Shown here: piece after piece, positions 1 to 9,600 of the stretch
Layout of the letters: each line of letters begins with the position of its first letter
Numbering within the stretch: position 1 is the first letter of the stretch
Translations under genes and position numbers: made by a program
Notes under the pieces: model-generated
What the model was told of the DNA's origin: nothing
Databases searched by the model: none
Seen by the model: only the letters and a program-made list of their open reading frames with translations
Origin: Myxococcales bacterium
GTDB taxonomy: Bacteria > Myxococcota_A > UBA9042 > JABWCM01 > BTVJ01
Direction of reading: 5' to 3'
DNA: 50,073 nucleotides
Assembly (NCBI GenBank): GCA_045863395.1
Contig: BTVJ01000055.1
Location: 1 to 50,073, forward strand

Positions 1-195
1 GGCTACGCCGACGCCGGGATGGTCGAGCGGGGCTACGCGACGGTGGACTCCGGGAACGGCGGCTATGCGACGGTGGACTCCGGGAACGGCGGCTACGCGA
101 CGGTGGACTCGGGATCCGGCTACGCGACGGTGGACTCGGGCTCCAAGTCGGGCTCCAAGGGCTCCAAGTCCGGCTCCAAGTCCTGCAAGAACTGA
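1..195 (+). CDS. 3' end of a CDS (5'-truncated by window edge) with a repetitive tail
   Basis: Frame +1 is open from base 1 to TGA 193-195: GYADAGMVER-GYATVDSGNG-GYATVDSGNG-GYATVDSGS-GYATVDSG-SKSGSKGSKSGSKSCKN*; a terminator follows. Confidence 0.7.
   Translation, partial: GYADAGMVERGYATVDSGNGGYATVDSGNGGYATVDSGSGYATVDSGSKSGSKGSKSGSKSCKN
31..183 (+). repeat. Coding tandem repeats: 4 x 27-30 bp (GYATVDSG), then 9-12 bp GSK(S) units
   Basis: ggcta(c/t)gcgacggtggactc starts at 31, 61, 91 and 118; ggctccaag occurs several times in 139-180; all unit lengths are multiples of 3. Confidence 0.9.
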
Positions 196-227
196 GAGGG
201 TCGGCTCACCGGCCCCACGACGCCCTG

Positions 228-272
228 GCCGCGGGCGCGCCCTCCCTCCTGGGGCGCGCCCGCGGCTTTTTT
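228..272 (+). terminator. Rho-independent terminator
   Basis: Perfect 15-bp stem gccgcgggcgcgccc (228-242) / gggcgcgcccgcggc (252-266), then T6 (267-272). Confidence 0.9.
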
Positions 273-419
273 CGTTGTGGGGTGTGAGGCGTCCGGTTGA
301 CCCCTGGGCCCCGGGCGTACGGATGGCGGAGGCCGGTGGGGCTCCTTCCGCAGCGACTCCGCCTCGACCCGACACCTGCGCTTCCCTTGGCGCGTCGTGA
401 CGTGGTAGGTCGTGCTCCC

Positions 420-1256
420 ATGAGATCCTCGCCCCTGTCGCGTCGCCGCCATGCCAGCCCCCTCATCGTGCTCCTGATGTGCCTCGTCTCCAGGTCCCCC
501 ATGGCATCCCCACCGGACCTGCGCGTGCTCGTCGCCGGGTGCGACGACCTCGAGGAGAGGCTCGCTCGTGGCGGAGGGGCGCCCAAGGTGGAGCCCGTGG
601 GGGGTGGGGAGGCGTGGCACGTGGCGTGGTCCTCCACGGACCGGTGGCTGGTCTGGCCCGGAGAGGAGTGCCGCTCGCGCGGCGTCGGGCGCGCTGCCAT
701 GCGCGCCACGGCGGAGCTGCTGCCGAGCAACCCCGGGAAGGAGAAGGCGTACTTCCTCGTGGCGCCCGACGGCTGCGAGGGGTGCGGCATGGTGGCGGCG
801 GTGCGGGGCAGGGCGGAGATGCCGCTCGTCGCCCGCTGGATGGACGACGGCTGCGACGCCGGAGGGCGGGTCGAGACCGTGCGGCTGTTTCCTGGCGTCG
901 ACTCCCTGGCGGTCCGGTGCCGCGAGAGCATGGGCGCCGGGCGGAGGGAGACCCTGCTGCTGCTCGACGGGGAGCTCCGCGTCCTGCTGCGCGCCTCCAT
1001 GGGCTTCCATGAGCCTCCGACGGACGAGGAGCGGCGTGCGGGGCGGTGCGCAGCGCAGCCGGCCGGCTGGTTCAAGGTCCTCTCGCGCGGCGACCGGCCG
1101 GTCATCGAGGTGCTCTCCCCCGAGTCCGACGACATGGAGGACGGCCGCGGGGTGGCGTCCGTGTGGCGCCAGGAGTGGGACCCGGGGGCCCGGCAGTTCG
1201 TCAGGATCGGCGAGCCGCGGCCCGTGCCCTTCGACATGCGGGCGCGGTGCCGCTGA
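420..1256 (+). CDS. Hypothetical exported Cys-containing protein
   Basis: ATG 420; basic then hydrophobic N-terminus (RRRHASPLIVLLMCLV); protein-like composition; several Cys; no recognised family. Confidence 0.6.
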   Translation: MRSSPLSRRRHASPLIVLLMCLVSRSPMASPPDLRVLVAGCDDLEERLARGGGAPKVEPVGGGEAWHVAWSSTDRWLVWPGEECRSRGVGRAAMRATAELLPSNPGKEKAYFLVAPDGCEGCGMVAAVRGRAEMPLVARWMDDGCDAGGRVETVRLFPGVDSLAVRCRESMGAGRRETLLLLDGELRVLLRASMGFHEPPTDEERRAGRCAAQPAGWFKVLSRGDRPVIEVLSPESDDMEDGRGVASVWRQEWDPGARQFVRIGEPRPVPFDMRARCR

Positions 1257-1368
1257 CGTCTCTCCCTGGGATGTCTCCGCTGTCGCCCGAGTTGCGTCGC
1301 GGTGCGCCCATGCCGGGCCGCCGCGCCGATGCGGGCACCTCGCCACCGGCGGGCTCGGTTGGCGCGCG

Positions 1369-4044
1369 TCAGGACCCCGGGGTTGAGGCGAGCCTTCGGG
1401 CGAGCAGGGCAGACACGGCGTCCCGGTCGCCGAGAGCGGCCTGAAGCGCCCCGAGGTCAGTCCGCGCCGTCACCGCCTGCTCCACCGCGCGGCGGCGACG
1501 GCCGGTGGACACCAGCCAGGCCGCTGCCAACACTGCCTCCGTGTGCGCCGCGTCTGTTGCGGTGGCTCCCTTGGCTGCCGCGACCGCCGCAAGGGCGGCG
1601 TCCACGGCCTTCGCGATGAGGGCGCCGTGCACCGCGTCCGCGGAGGTCACGCCGTGGTGCAGAAGCTCGGCGAGCGCTGCGGCCGTGGCGCGGAGCCGGC
1701 GGGAGTCGCCGTCCCCGGGGAGGGTGGCGTCATCCCAGAGGCCGCTGGCGAGCTGGCGCCGGAGGAGGGCCTGCGGGGTCCATGCCGCCTCCCGGACACC
1801 GTCGGCCGTGGCGAGGTCGTCCGCGTCCCAGCGGTCTTCACCGAGCGCGCCCGACAGCGCGTCGAGGTCGGGCTCCTCCAGCGCGTCCGACTCCCGTGCG
1901 ACATGGCGCGGCCCCCCGGACCCGGGAGCCTGCGGGGGGCTACCAGCCGGCCCTGCCTCGTCCGTCGGTGGCCCGCCCGGGCTGAACAGGCGGGCCATCG
2001 CTCCGAGGACACCGCCGCGGGGGGGCCGGGACGGCGCAGGGGAGGGCGGGGCGGAGGCCATGGCTGGGCCGGAGGTCGGGTGGCCCAGGCCCCCCCTGGA
2101 GGGGCTCGCGAGCACCTTGGACCGCGGCGCCGCGTCACTGAGCCACCCAGGAGCAGCAGCCGGGGCGCTTGCCAGGTACGGCATGACGCCTCGCCCCACG
2201 CCTCCCGCCCGTGTGGCGCCATGGAGCATGTCCCAGCCCTCCGGGGCGTGCACCGCCACCACGCGGGTCTCGGGCTGGGCGCTGCTACGCCGTGCCCCCT
2301 CCCGCTCCTCGACGACCACGAAGGAGGTGAGGCGGGTCGCCAGGCCGTGCTCCAGGGCGAGTTCGAGCATTCGGCGCTGGTTGGCCTCGGCGCGCCGCCC
2401 CGTCAGTCGCGCCCGGTCCAGCTCCCGGAAGCGCTCCGCCGCCCAGCTCGTGAGCACGTCCGGGCGATCCGCCTGCTCCGGTAGGGTCAGCGGGACCTCG
2501 ACGCGCACCTCCCGCGCGCCGAGCTGCCCGACCAGGGTCAGCTTGCCCGCGGCGGGCCGGACGTATCGCGCGTGGAGCACCCACGGGTCGCCATCGACGA
2601 GGGGAGGGGGCTCGGAGGGCGCCAGCTCGTGGAGCTCAACGCCCTCGAAGCGCAACGACAGGGCCTCGACCCGCTGCGCCATGGCGCGGGCGAACTGCGC
2701 GGTGACCCGCTCCTCGATGGACTGCCCTGGGTAGATGCGCTCCACTCCGCCGCCCGTCGCTCGGGCCAGCTCCGTGAGGAGCCCCTCGCTGACCGCCGTC
2801 CCGATGCCGAAGGAGTACACCCGGGTGCGGCCCCGCACCTCGAGGACGCGACGCAGGATCTCGTCCTCGTTGCCCACCTGGCCGTCGGTCAGCAGCACGA
2901 CCACTCCGTCACCGCCGAGGGCCTCCGCCGCGGCGAGCAGCGGCGCCAGCAGCTCCGTGCCGCCGTCGGCGCGCAGCGCGGTGATCCAGTGGTCCGCGCG
3001 CTCCAGGGTGCCCTGGTCGAAGGTGGGGAGGCCCGGGTCGAAGCGCCGGAACGCGCTGTCGAAGGCGATGAGATCGAAGCGGTCCCCCGCCCGCAGGTGG
3101 CGGAGGCACAGGCTCAGGGCGCTCTTCGCCTCGATGATCGACAGGCCGCCCATGGAGCCCGAGGTGTCCACCAGGAAGACGACCTTGAGGGGGGCGCTGC
3201 CGCCCGCCAGCTCGCCCAGGTCCGGCACCACGGTGATGGCCACAGCGCCGTCCTGACCCGGCGCCCTGTGTGTCGCTACCGCCGTGAGGGGGAGGCGCGC
3301 CGCGGGACCCCGGACGTGGAGCACCAGGTCCCGGTTGAGCGCCACGTGGGGCGCCGCCAGCGAGACGTGGACCCGGTGGTCGTCGCGCCGGAGCGCGAGG
3401 GGATGCGAAGGGCTCTCCACCTCCACCTCCACGCCCAGGTCCACCACCAGGTCCAGCGTGAGGCCGGTGGGGGCCCACCCCACCGGTGGGGTGATGCGGT
3501 CCGCGTCCGGCACCCGGTCCGTCGGCTCCGCCGTGCCGTGGGCGGTGCGGTCGCCGCTCACCGCGCCGGGGATGTAGCGGGGCGCGACCACGGTGGGGAT
3601 GCTCCAGATCAGGTCTCCGTCCGCCGCGTCCACCGCCTGGGTCCAGGCGATCTCCACCGCGGTCTCCTCCCCCGGCAGCAGGTTGCCCGCCTGGATGGTG
3701 AGCACGTCGTGCCGCTCCCGGTCGAGCAGCGCGGCCCCGTGCCCCGTGGAGATCGCGTCGTCGTACTCACGGAAGGCCTGCTCTCGCTCCCGGATGACTC
3801 CGCGGAGCACCCGGTCCCCGATGCGCAGGGTGACCCCCGTCACCACGGCCTCCGCGGGCAGGGGAAAGACGTAGACGGCCTCGATGGGGCGCGCCTCCTC
3901 GTTCCGGTAGCGCTGGCGGAGCGTCATGGAGGCGCGCCCGCCGCGGAGCTTCCCCTCGATCACCACCCCGATGAGGGGCACCGGGCGCCCGTCGTCTGCC
4001 ATCAGGCCGGCCATCTCGCCTGCGGTCTCGATCTCGTCGCGCAT
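1369..4044 (-). CDS. VIT (vault/inter-alpha-trypsin) + vWA domain protein
   Basis: VIT motifs QRYRN..PIEAVYVFPLP and NLLPGE; VAPRYIP; vWA MIDAS VFLVDTSGSMGG, GGTEL, LLTDGQV. Start ATG 4044, or GTG 4050 overlapping the merR stop. Confidence 0.9.
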   Translation of the reverse strand: MRDEIETAGEMAGLMADDGRPVPLIGVVIEGKLRGGRASMTLRQRYRNEEARPIEAVYVFPLPAEAVVTGVTLRIGDRVLRGVIREREQAFREYDDAISTGHGAALLDRERHDVLTIQAGNLLPGEETAVEIAWTQAVDAADGDLIWSIPTVVAPRYIPGAVSGDRTAHGTAEPTDRVPDADRITPPVGWAPTGLTLDLVVDLGVEVEVESPSHPLALRRDDHRVHVSLAAPHVALNRDLVLHVRGPAARLPLTAVATHRAPGQDGAVAITVVPDLGELAGGSAPLKVVFLVDTSGSMGGLSIIEAKSALSLCLRHLRAGDRFDLIAFDSAFRRFDPGLPTFDQGTLERADHWITALRADGGTELLAPLLAAAEALGGDGVVVLLTDGQVGNEDEILRRVLEVRGRTRVYSFGIGTAVSEGLLTELARATGGGVERIYPGQSIEERVTAQFARAMAQRVEALSLRFEGVELHELAPSEPPPLVDGDPWVLHARYVRPAAGKLTLVGQLGAREVRVEVPLTLPEQADRPDVLTSWAAERFRELDRARLTGRRAEANQRRMLELALEHGLATRLTSFVVVEEREGARRSSAQPETRVVAVHAPEGWDMLHGATRAGGVGRGVMPYLASAPAAAPGWLSDAAPRSKVLASPSRGGLGHPTSGPAMASAPPSPAPSRPPRGGVLGAMARLFSPGGPPTDEAGPAGSPPQAPGSGGPRHVARESDALEEPDLDALSGALGEDRWDADDLATADGVREAAWTPQALLRRQLASGLWDDATLPGDGDSRRLRATAAALAELLHHGVTSADAVHGALIAKAVDAALAAVAAAKGATATDAAHTEAVLAAAWLVSTGRRRRAVEQAVTARTDLGALQAALGDRDAVSALLARRLASTPGS

Positions 4045-4046
4045 CG

Positions 4047-4538
4047 TCACCCTCCAGCCTGGGCCATCGCCCGGATTCGCTCCGCCAGGGCGCGGGCACC
4101 GTCGCCCGCGTCCTCCGCCATGTGCAGCTCTACCCCCGGCGCCAGCGTCCACCGGCGCCACCGGGAGTCGCCCCCCAGCGCGTCACCACTGCCCCCCTCA
4201 CCGATCGCAGCCGCGTGGCCGGGCCCCGGCCCGGCTGGAGGCGGCGCCCCGCTCCCCACCGGACCGGGGACCGCGCCCGACGCCATGGCCTCCAGCGCGG
4301 CCTCGTCCGCCTCGTCGAGGAGGCCCTGGATGACGTCCAGCGGCAGGTGCGCCTGCTGGAGCACCCGGATCGCCCGCAGGCGAAGCAGGTGCTGCGGCCC
4401 ATACGCGGTGTCCGGCCCGCGGAACGCCGGCGACGGGAGCAGCCCGCGCTGCACGTAGTACCGGACTGTGCGCGGGGAGACGCCGGCGGCCGTCGCCAGG
4501 TCCTGGAGCTTCCACTCGGTGGTGTGCGCGTCGCTCAT
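4047..4538 (-). CDS. MerR-family transcriptional regulator
   Basis: LQDLATAAGVSPRTVRYYVQRGLLPSP..YGPQHLLRLRAIRVLQ; C-terminal WRRWTLAPGVELH. Confidence 0.9.
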   Translation of the reverse strand: MSDAHTTEWKLQDLATAAGVSPRTVRYYVQRGLLPSPAFRGPDTAYGPQHLLRLRAIRVLQQAHLPLDVIQGLLDEADEAALEAMASGAVPGPVGSGAPPPAGPGPGHAAAIGEGGSGDALGGDSRWRRWTLAPGVELHMAEDAGDGARALAERIRAMAQAGG

Positions 4539-4545
4539 GCCACCC

Positions 4546-4587
4546 ACACTAGGACGCGCCACTCATGGTGTCAAGTAGACAGTTGAC
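4546..4587 (-). promoter_or_regulatory. Sigma70-type promoter of merR-VIT with overlapping inverted repeat
   Basis: Minus strand TTGACA (4574-4569)-N17-TAGTGT (4551-4546), just upstream of ATG 4538; GTCAA-N8-TTGAC at 4570-4587. Confidence 0.65.
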
Positions 4588-4708
4588 TTCGGTGTCGATT
4601 TCTTCGCGGGCCCACCGATGCGCCCCCCCAGCGCCTTGCGGCGGGATGCGCTTGCCTCCCTCGCCGCCTGGGCGCTACCCTGCGGCCCACACCGAAAGGA
4701 GGCACACC

Positions 4709-5488
4709 ATGGGGAGCGGCAGGACGGCGCTGATCACCGGCGCGTCGGCGGGCATCGGCAAGGAGCTGGCGGAGCTGTGCGCGGCCGACGGGCACGACCT
4801 GGTCCTGGTCGCCCGGCGCTTGGAGCGCCTCGTGGAGCTGGCGACAACCTTACAAGAACGCCACGGCGTCGCGTCCCTGATCCTCGCCGAGGACCTCGAG
4901 GACCCGGCGGCCCCGGCGCGCATCGCGGCGGCGGTCGAGGGCACCCCCATCGACATCCTGATCAACAACGCGGGCTTCGGCAGCAACGGCGCCTTCCACA
5001 CGCTGGACGCCGCGCGGGAGCTCGCCATGGTGCAGGTCAACGTGGCGGCGCTCGTGCACCTGACGCGGCTCCTGCTGCCGGGCATGGTGGAGCGCGGCTG
5101 GGGGCGCGTCCTGAACCTGGGCTCGACGGCGGGCTTCCAGCCGGGCCCCTTCATGGCGACCTACTACGCGACCAAGGCCTTCGTGAACCACTTCAGCGAG
5201 GCGCTGTCGGCGGAGCTTGCCGGGACCGGGGTGACGGTGACCGTGAGCTGCCCGGGCCCGGTCTCCACCGAGTTCTCCGGCATCGCGGGCAATGACCAGT
5301 CGCGCCTGTTCAAGGCGATGTCCGTCGCGACGCCGGACGTGATCGCAGCCCAGGCCTACCGAGCCATGCTCGCCGGCCGCCCGGTGATCGTCCACGGCGC
5401 CCTGGGCAAGGTGGCGCTCCAGTCGCTGCGGCTCTCTCCCCGCGCCCTGACGCGCAGCCTCGCCGCCAGGCTGAACCGGCCGGCCTGA
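4709..5488 (+). CDS. Short-chain dehydrogenase/reductase (SDR)
   Basis: TGASAGIG, NNAGFG, YYATK (YxxxK); RBS AAGGAGG upstream. Confidence 0.95.
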   Translation: MGSGRTALITGASAGIGKELAELCAADGHDLVLVARRLERLVELATTLQERHGVASLILAEDLEDPAAPARIAAAVEGTPIDILINNAGFGSNGAFHTLDAARELAMVQVNVAALVHLTRLLLPGMVERGWGRVLNLGSTAGFQPGPFMATYYATKAFVNHFSEALSAELAGTGVTVTVSCPGPVSTEFSGIAGNDQSRLFKAMSVATPDVIAAQAYRAMLAGRPVIVHGALGKVALQSLRLSPRALTRSLAARLNRPA

Positions 5489-5618
5489 GCGTCGCACGCT
5501 CCGGGGTCACTGCGCTTCGGCAGCCAACCACGACACGTCTGGACCCCCAAAGAGGCGACGGGGGCGAGCGTCGGGGATGCGGTTCACGGCGGCTGGACTG
5601 GCCGGCGCGCGCGCTCAG

Positions 5619-5882
5619 TCAGCCGTCGAGCTCCACCAGCGACCGGGCGAGGGCGCGAGAGAAGCCGCGGGCCTCGTCGAGGGACACGGGCGGCGAGGTC
5701 CGTGGCCACGCGTCGGGCGCGACCCGGTCGATGCGCAGGGACGCCGTCTGGAGCAGAAACCGGAGTGCAGGCCAGCGAAACCTGGCGCGGCAGTCGTCCA
5801 TCCCGCCCGCCAGGGTCAGCTCCGGGACGCGCAGCAGGTGCCGCTGGGCGGGGGGCAGACCTCCGAGGGCGTCGCCGGTCAT
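5619..5882 (-). pseudogene. Probable internally deleted AbiEii-like nucleotidyltransferase toxin
   Basis: Only 87 aa. N-terminus LPPAQRHLL..LTLAGG resembles the start of the AbiEii GGTAL motif and joins directly to a C-terminal-like segment (WPRTSPPVSLDEARGF); ATGA overlap with the upstream gene. Confidence 0.4.
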
Positions 5883-6121
5883 GCGCTGCCCTCGCGCTCG
5901 ACCCAGGCCTCCTCGTAGAACTCGATGAGGGGGCGGACCTCCGGGGGCATCCGCAGGCTGTGGCGGTGCTCATGGAGCAGCCGCACGGTGAGCCGGTCAC
6001 GGCCGTAGGCGGGGAAGGCGTCGGCGATGCGCTGGAGGCGCCACAGCAGATCCTGCGGCGGCACCTCGTAGTCCCAGACGAGGTCGGGGTGGATGGGGAC
6101 GACGGGCTCCTGCTCTGCCAT
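5879..6121 (-). CDS. Small protein resembling DUF6922-like antitoxin partners
   Basis: 80 aa, DLVWDYEV..WRLQRI..YG pattern; translationally coupled to the AbiEii-like remnant. Confidence 0.45.
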   Translation of the reverse strand: MAEQEPVVPIHPDLVWDYEVPPQDLLWRLQRIADAFPAYGRDRLTVRLLHEHRHSLRMPPEVRPLIEFYEEAWVEREGSA

Positions 6122-6337
6122 GTCGCCAAGGTAGCGCCGGACTCGGGGCGGGGCAATCGGCCGCGCGAGCATGCGGCCGGTGGGGCCGGTGCCCGCGCGC
6201 GGCGACCGGCAAGCGGTGGGTGCAGGTGGCCGTCGACTCGCGGGGAGCCGGGTCACGCGCGCCGGCCGAAGCGCGCCTCCCGCGGCGCGCGGCGAGCAGC
6301 ACGCTCACCACAATACATGATGACCGCCCACCGCCGG

Positions 6338-6560
6338 TCCATGATCTCCCACAAGTGGAGCGCTCCACCCTGCTCGCGCGGGCCGCGGTCGCCCTCTCTG
6401 CCACGCCCCAGGTGCGCGTCGCCTACGCCTTCGGCAGCTTCGCTCGCGGCGAGCCCTTCCGCGCCCTGGACGTGGCAGTGGTGCTCGACGAGCCGTGGTC
6501 GCCTTCGTCGCGCTGGGACAAGCGGGCGTCCTGGATCCGGCCCTCGCGGCCGAGCTTGCG
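6338..6560 (+). pseudogene. Decayed MNT-HEPN TA remnant
   Basis: VRVAYAFGSFARGEPFRALDVAVV (MNT motif, first catalytic Asp replaced by Ala), then in another frame AFVALGQAGVLDPALAAELA (6501-6560), resembling the DUF86 helix before RxxxxH. Confidence 0.6.
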
Positions 6561-6636
6561 TGGTTCGACGCACGCGGTGCTCGCCCCCCAGAGCCCTGAG
6601 AGACAGTGCAAGGGAACCACGGTCCGGGCTCCTGTC

Positions 6637-9600
6637 CTACTCAACGACCGGCCCGAGCCCGGCCAGCGCGGACGTCGCCAATCCCCAGAGCTGCTCGAGC
6701 TGCCCATGTTGGAGCCCCGCGTCCCTCAGCACCCGCAGCTCGCCGAGGCACGCGACGAGCCACCGCCGCTCCTCCGCGGCGCCCACAGACAGCAGGTAGA
6801 AGTTCCAGCACGAGATGGCCAGGTCGACGCGGAGGTCCGCGCGGTGCGGCTCGCGCTGCACGAGTCGCCTCATGACGTCGAGGGACTCCTGGAAGAAGTC
6901 GCGCGCCTCGTCGGAGCGCCCTGCTGCCCGGGCGAGGTTTCCGAGGTTGTTGAGTGAGACGGAGAGTTCACGTTGGAGGTCCGCGCGGTGCGGCTCGCGC
7001 TGCACGAGTCGCCTCATGACGTCGAGGGACTCCTGGAAGAAGTCGCGCGCCTCGTCGGAGCGCCCTGCTGCCCGGGCGAGGTTTCCGAGGTTGTTGAGTG
7101 AGACGGAGAGGTCACGCTGGAGGTCAGCGCGGTCGGGCGAGGCATCGACCGCCGCCCGGAGCACCTCGGCGAGCATCAGCGACACCTGCTCGGCGGCCAC
7201 CGAGGCGCCGGTCTGCTCCAGGCGCCGGCGCTCCTGCCAGATGGCGTCGTCGAGCCACTTCGCGTGGTCGGGGCTCTGCAGGGCCGCCTGCCGGAGCGGT
7301 GCGAGAGAAGTCAGTGGGGCCGGCAAGGAGGAGGCACCGAGGCCCCGTGAGGGGCCGAGGCCGGTCATTCCTGCACTAACGACCTGCGCACGGACGGGGT
7401 GTCCTTCGTCCGAGACCAACCTGGCGAGCGGCCCCCCCTCGCCGGCCTCCACCAGCCGCACCGCCAGGATCTCCAGCGCACCCGCCAGCTCCACGAAGGG
7501 CGCCTGACCCGCATCGCCCTCCGCCAGGTCGGCCCACGCGAGCAGCTCCTCCGCCGTTGGGAGCTCCCGCGGCGACATGCGCCGCTCCAGCTCTCGCAGC
7601 AGCACCTGCTCGCAGAGGCGCTGGTGGGTGAAGGTGTAGCCCACCAGCGAGCGGTCCGTGCCGATGCCCTCTTCTGCGGGGCGCAGCAGCACCGACGCCG
7701 CCACCAGCTCCTCGATGGGGTCGAGGCGGGCGACCAGGTCCGCCGGGCGGCGACCTGCCCGCCAGTGGTCGAGCCAGGCCAGCGCCCGATCCAGGGGCAC
7801 GTCGGGGCGCCGCTCGTCGTAGAGCAGCCTGCCCACGGCGGCCAGCGTGTCGCCGAGGCCCGGGAGCTCCGCCGCCAGCGCGTCCAGGTAGGCGTCGAAG
7901 AGGGAGCGCTCGCCGACCACCGGCGGCACCTCGTCCTGCCCTCGCCAGGTCTCGTGGAAGAGGTGCAGGTGCAGCGGCGAGCACAGGAGGTGCTGCAGCT
8001 CCGGGCCCAACTGCTCCCAGCGCAGCCTCGCCGACCGCTGGGGGAGGCGCTCTCGCCGCGCCGCGAAGGCCCGGGCCGCCTCCTCGGGGGTGAAGGGGCG
8101 CAGCGCGAGGGCCTCCTGCTCTTCTGTGCTCTCCGGGTCCTGGAAGCGGCACAGGTGGCGAGCGTACTCCAGGGGCGATGCCCCCGCCAGCCCCGCCCTC
8201 CGGTGCGCCGCCACCAGGGAGGCCCACGCCCCCTGGCGCAGCGAGACCACGAGCCGGGCCCAGGGGTGGCGCGCCACGTGGGGCAGCGCCTGGTCGAGGG
8301 CCTTCATGAGGTCCGTGAACGAGTCCGCCTCGTTGAGGGCGTCAAGGACCAGGATGACCCGCCTGCCAGCGTCCGTGTCGCGCCCCGCCGTCGCGCCGAG
8401 CTGCGCCAACAGCGCCCCCAGGTCCGCGAACTCCCCCGGGCAGACGCCGAGGCGCACCAGCACCGCGTCGCAGAGCGCCGCCGCCAGTGGGGCGCCGGCC
8501 GCGCTGGCGTAGGCCTGCCTTCCTTGCAGGAACACGACCACGTCCCCTGCCCCGCGGGTCGCCAGGTAGCGCTCCACCTCGCTCCCCCGGCGCTTCCCGG
8601 GCGGCGCCGCGTGGTCCCCGTGCTCCAGGAGGGACTCCACGAGCCGCGCGAGCAGGGAGCTCTTGCCCGACCCCGCCTCGCCCAGCACGAGCACCGCGGC
8701 GCCGGGCTGCTCCAGGGCGGCCAGCAGCGCGTCGTCGACCCCCTGGCGCTCCACGTAGCACTGGGGCAGGTACTTGCGGCCACGCACCTCGTCGAGGGTC
8801 TGCCGCGCCGTCAGCGCAGCGTACTCGCCGACCGTCCAGCGGTGGGTGTCCTCCTTCTTGCGGCCGAGCTCCACCAGCTTCGACCGGAGGCGCGCTCCGA
8901 CCTCCGGCGCCAGCGCCGGCAGGCGGGCGACACGCCGCACGCCGAGGATCACGACCCGTTTGTCCGTCACCCCGTCGACCATGCCGGTCTCGGCGTCCTC
9001 CAGCAGGCCGGCGCCCGCCAGGGGCGCGTCCGCCGCGTCGGCGTCCAGGGTCACGAAGAGGGGGTGGACGGGGATCCCGCGGTCACCCACGAGCGCCGCG
9101 ACCGGGGCGCGGCGGAGCAGCCCCGCCAGCGGGGCCGTCGCGTCCTCCGCCAGGAAGCGCCCGTCGGCGTGGGGCCCTACGAGGCGGATGACCCCGTCCG
9201 GCTCGACCCGCCGGATCAGCGTCACGGCGCCGGCCGGGAACACGGTCGCCGCCATGCGCTCCACGAGGGGCAGGAGGCGCCCGAGGAGCGCCGCCTCACC
9301 CTCGTCGCCGGTCACCCTCGTCCCCAGGCGGTGCGCCCGCTCGTTGCGCAGTGTCCAGACCGCGTCGTTGGCGCTGCGGGCCATGCCCTGCGAGCCGGGG
9401 AGCCCCTCCAGGAGCGGCGCCCACGGGTCCTCGCCCTTGGGGCGGCGTCCCCGGTCGACCTCCGCCCACCCCTCGCGGACGGCACCGAAGAGCGCGTCCC
9501 CCGCCGGCTTGACGGACAGCTCGCCGCGCCCGAAGCGCACCAGCGCGCCAGCCAGGGTGGTCCACTCGGACCAGTGGGGGAGCTGGAGCCCCCGGATGGG

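Noticed and set aside
31..183. 30-bp repeats as a CRISPR array
   Set aside because: Units are contiguous with no unique spacers, stay in frame, vary at synonymous positions, and no cas genes are present.
3830..3843. matS-like GTGAC..GTCAC dyads (also near 41199)
   Set aside because: Spacers are 4 and 1 nt rather than the 3 nt of matS; both are intragenic and no matP is in the window.
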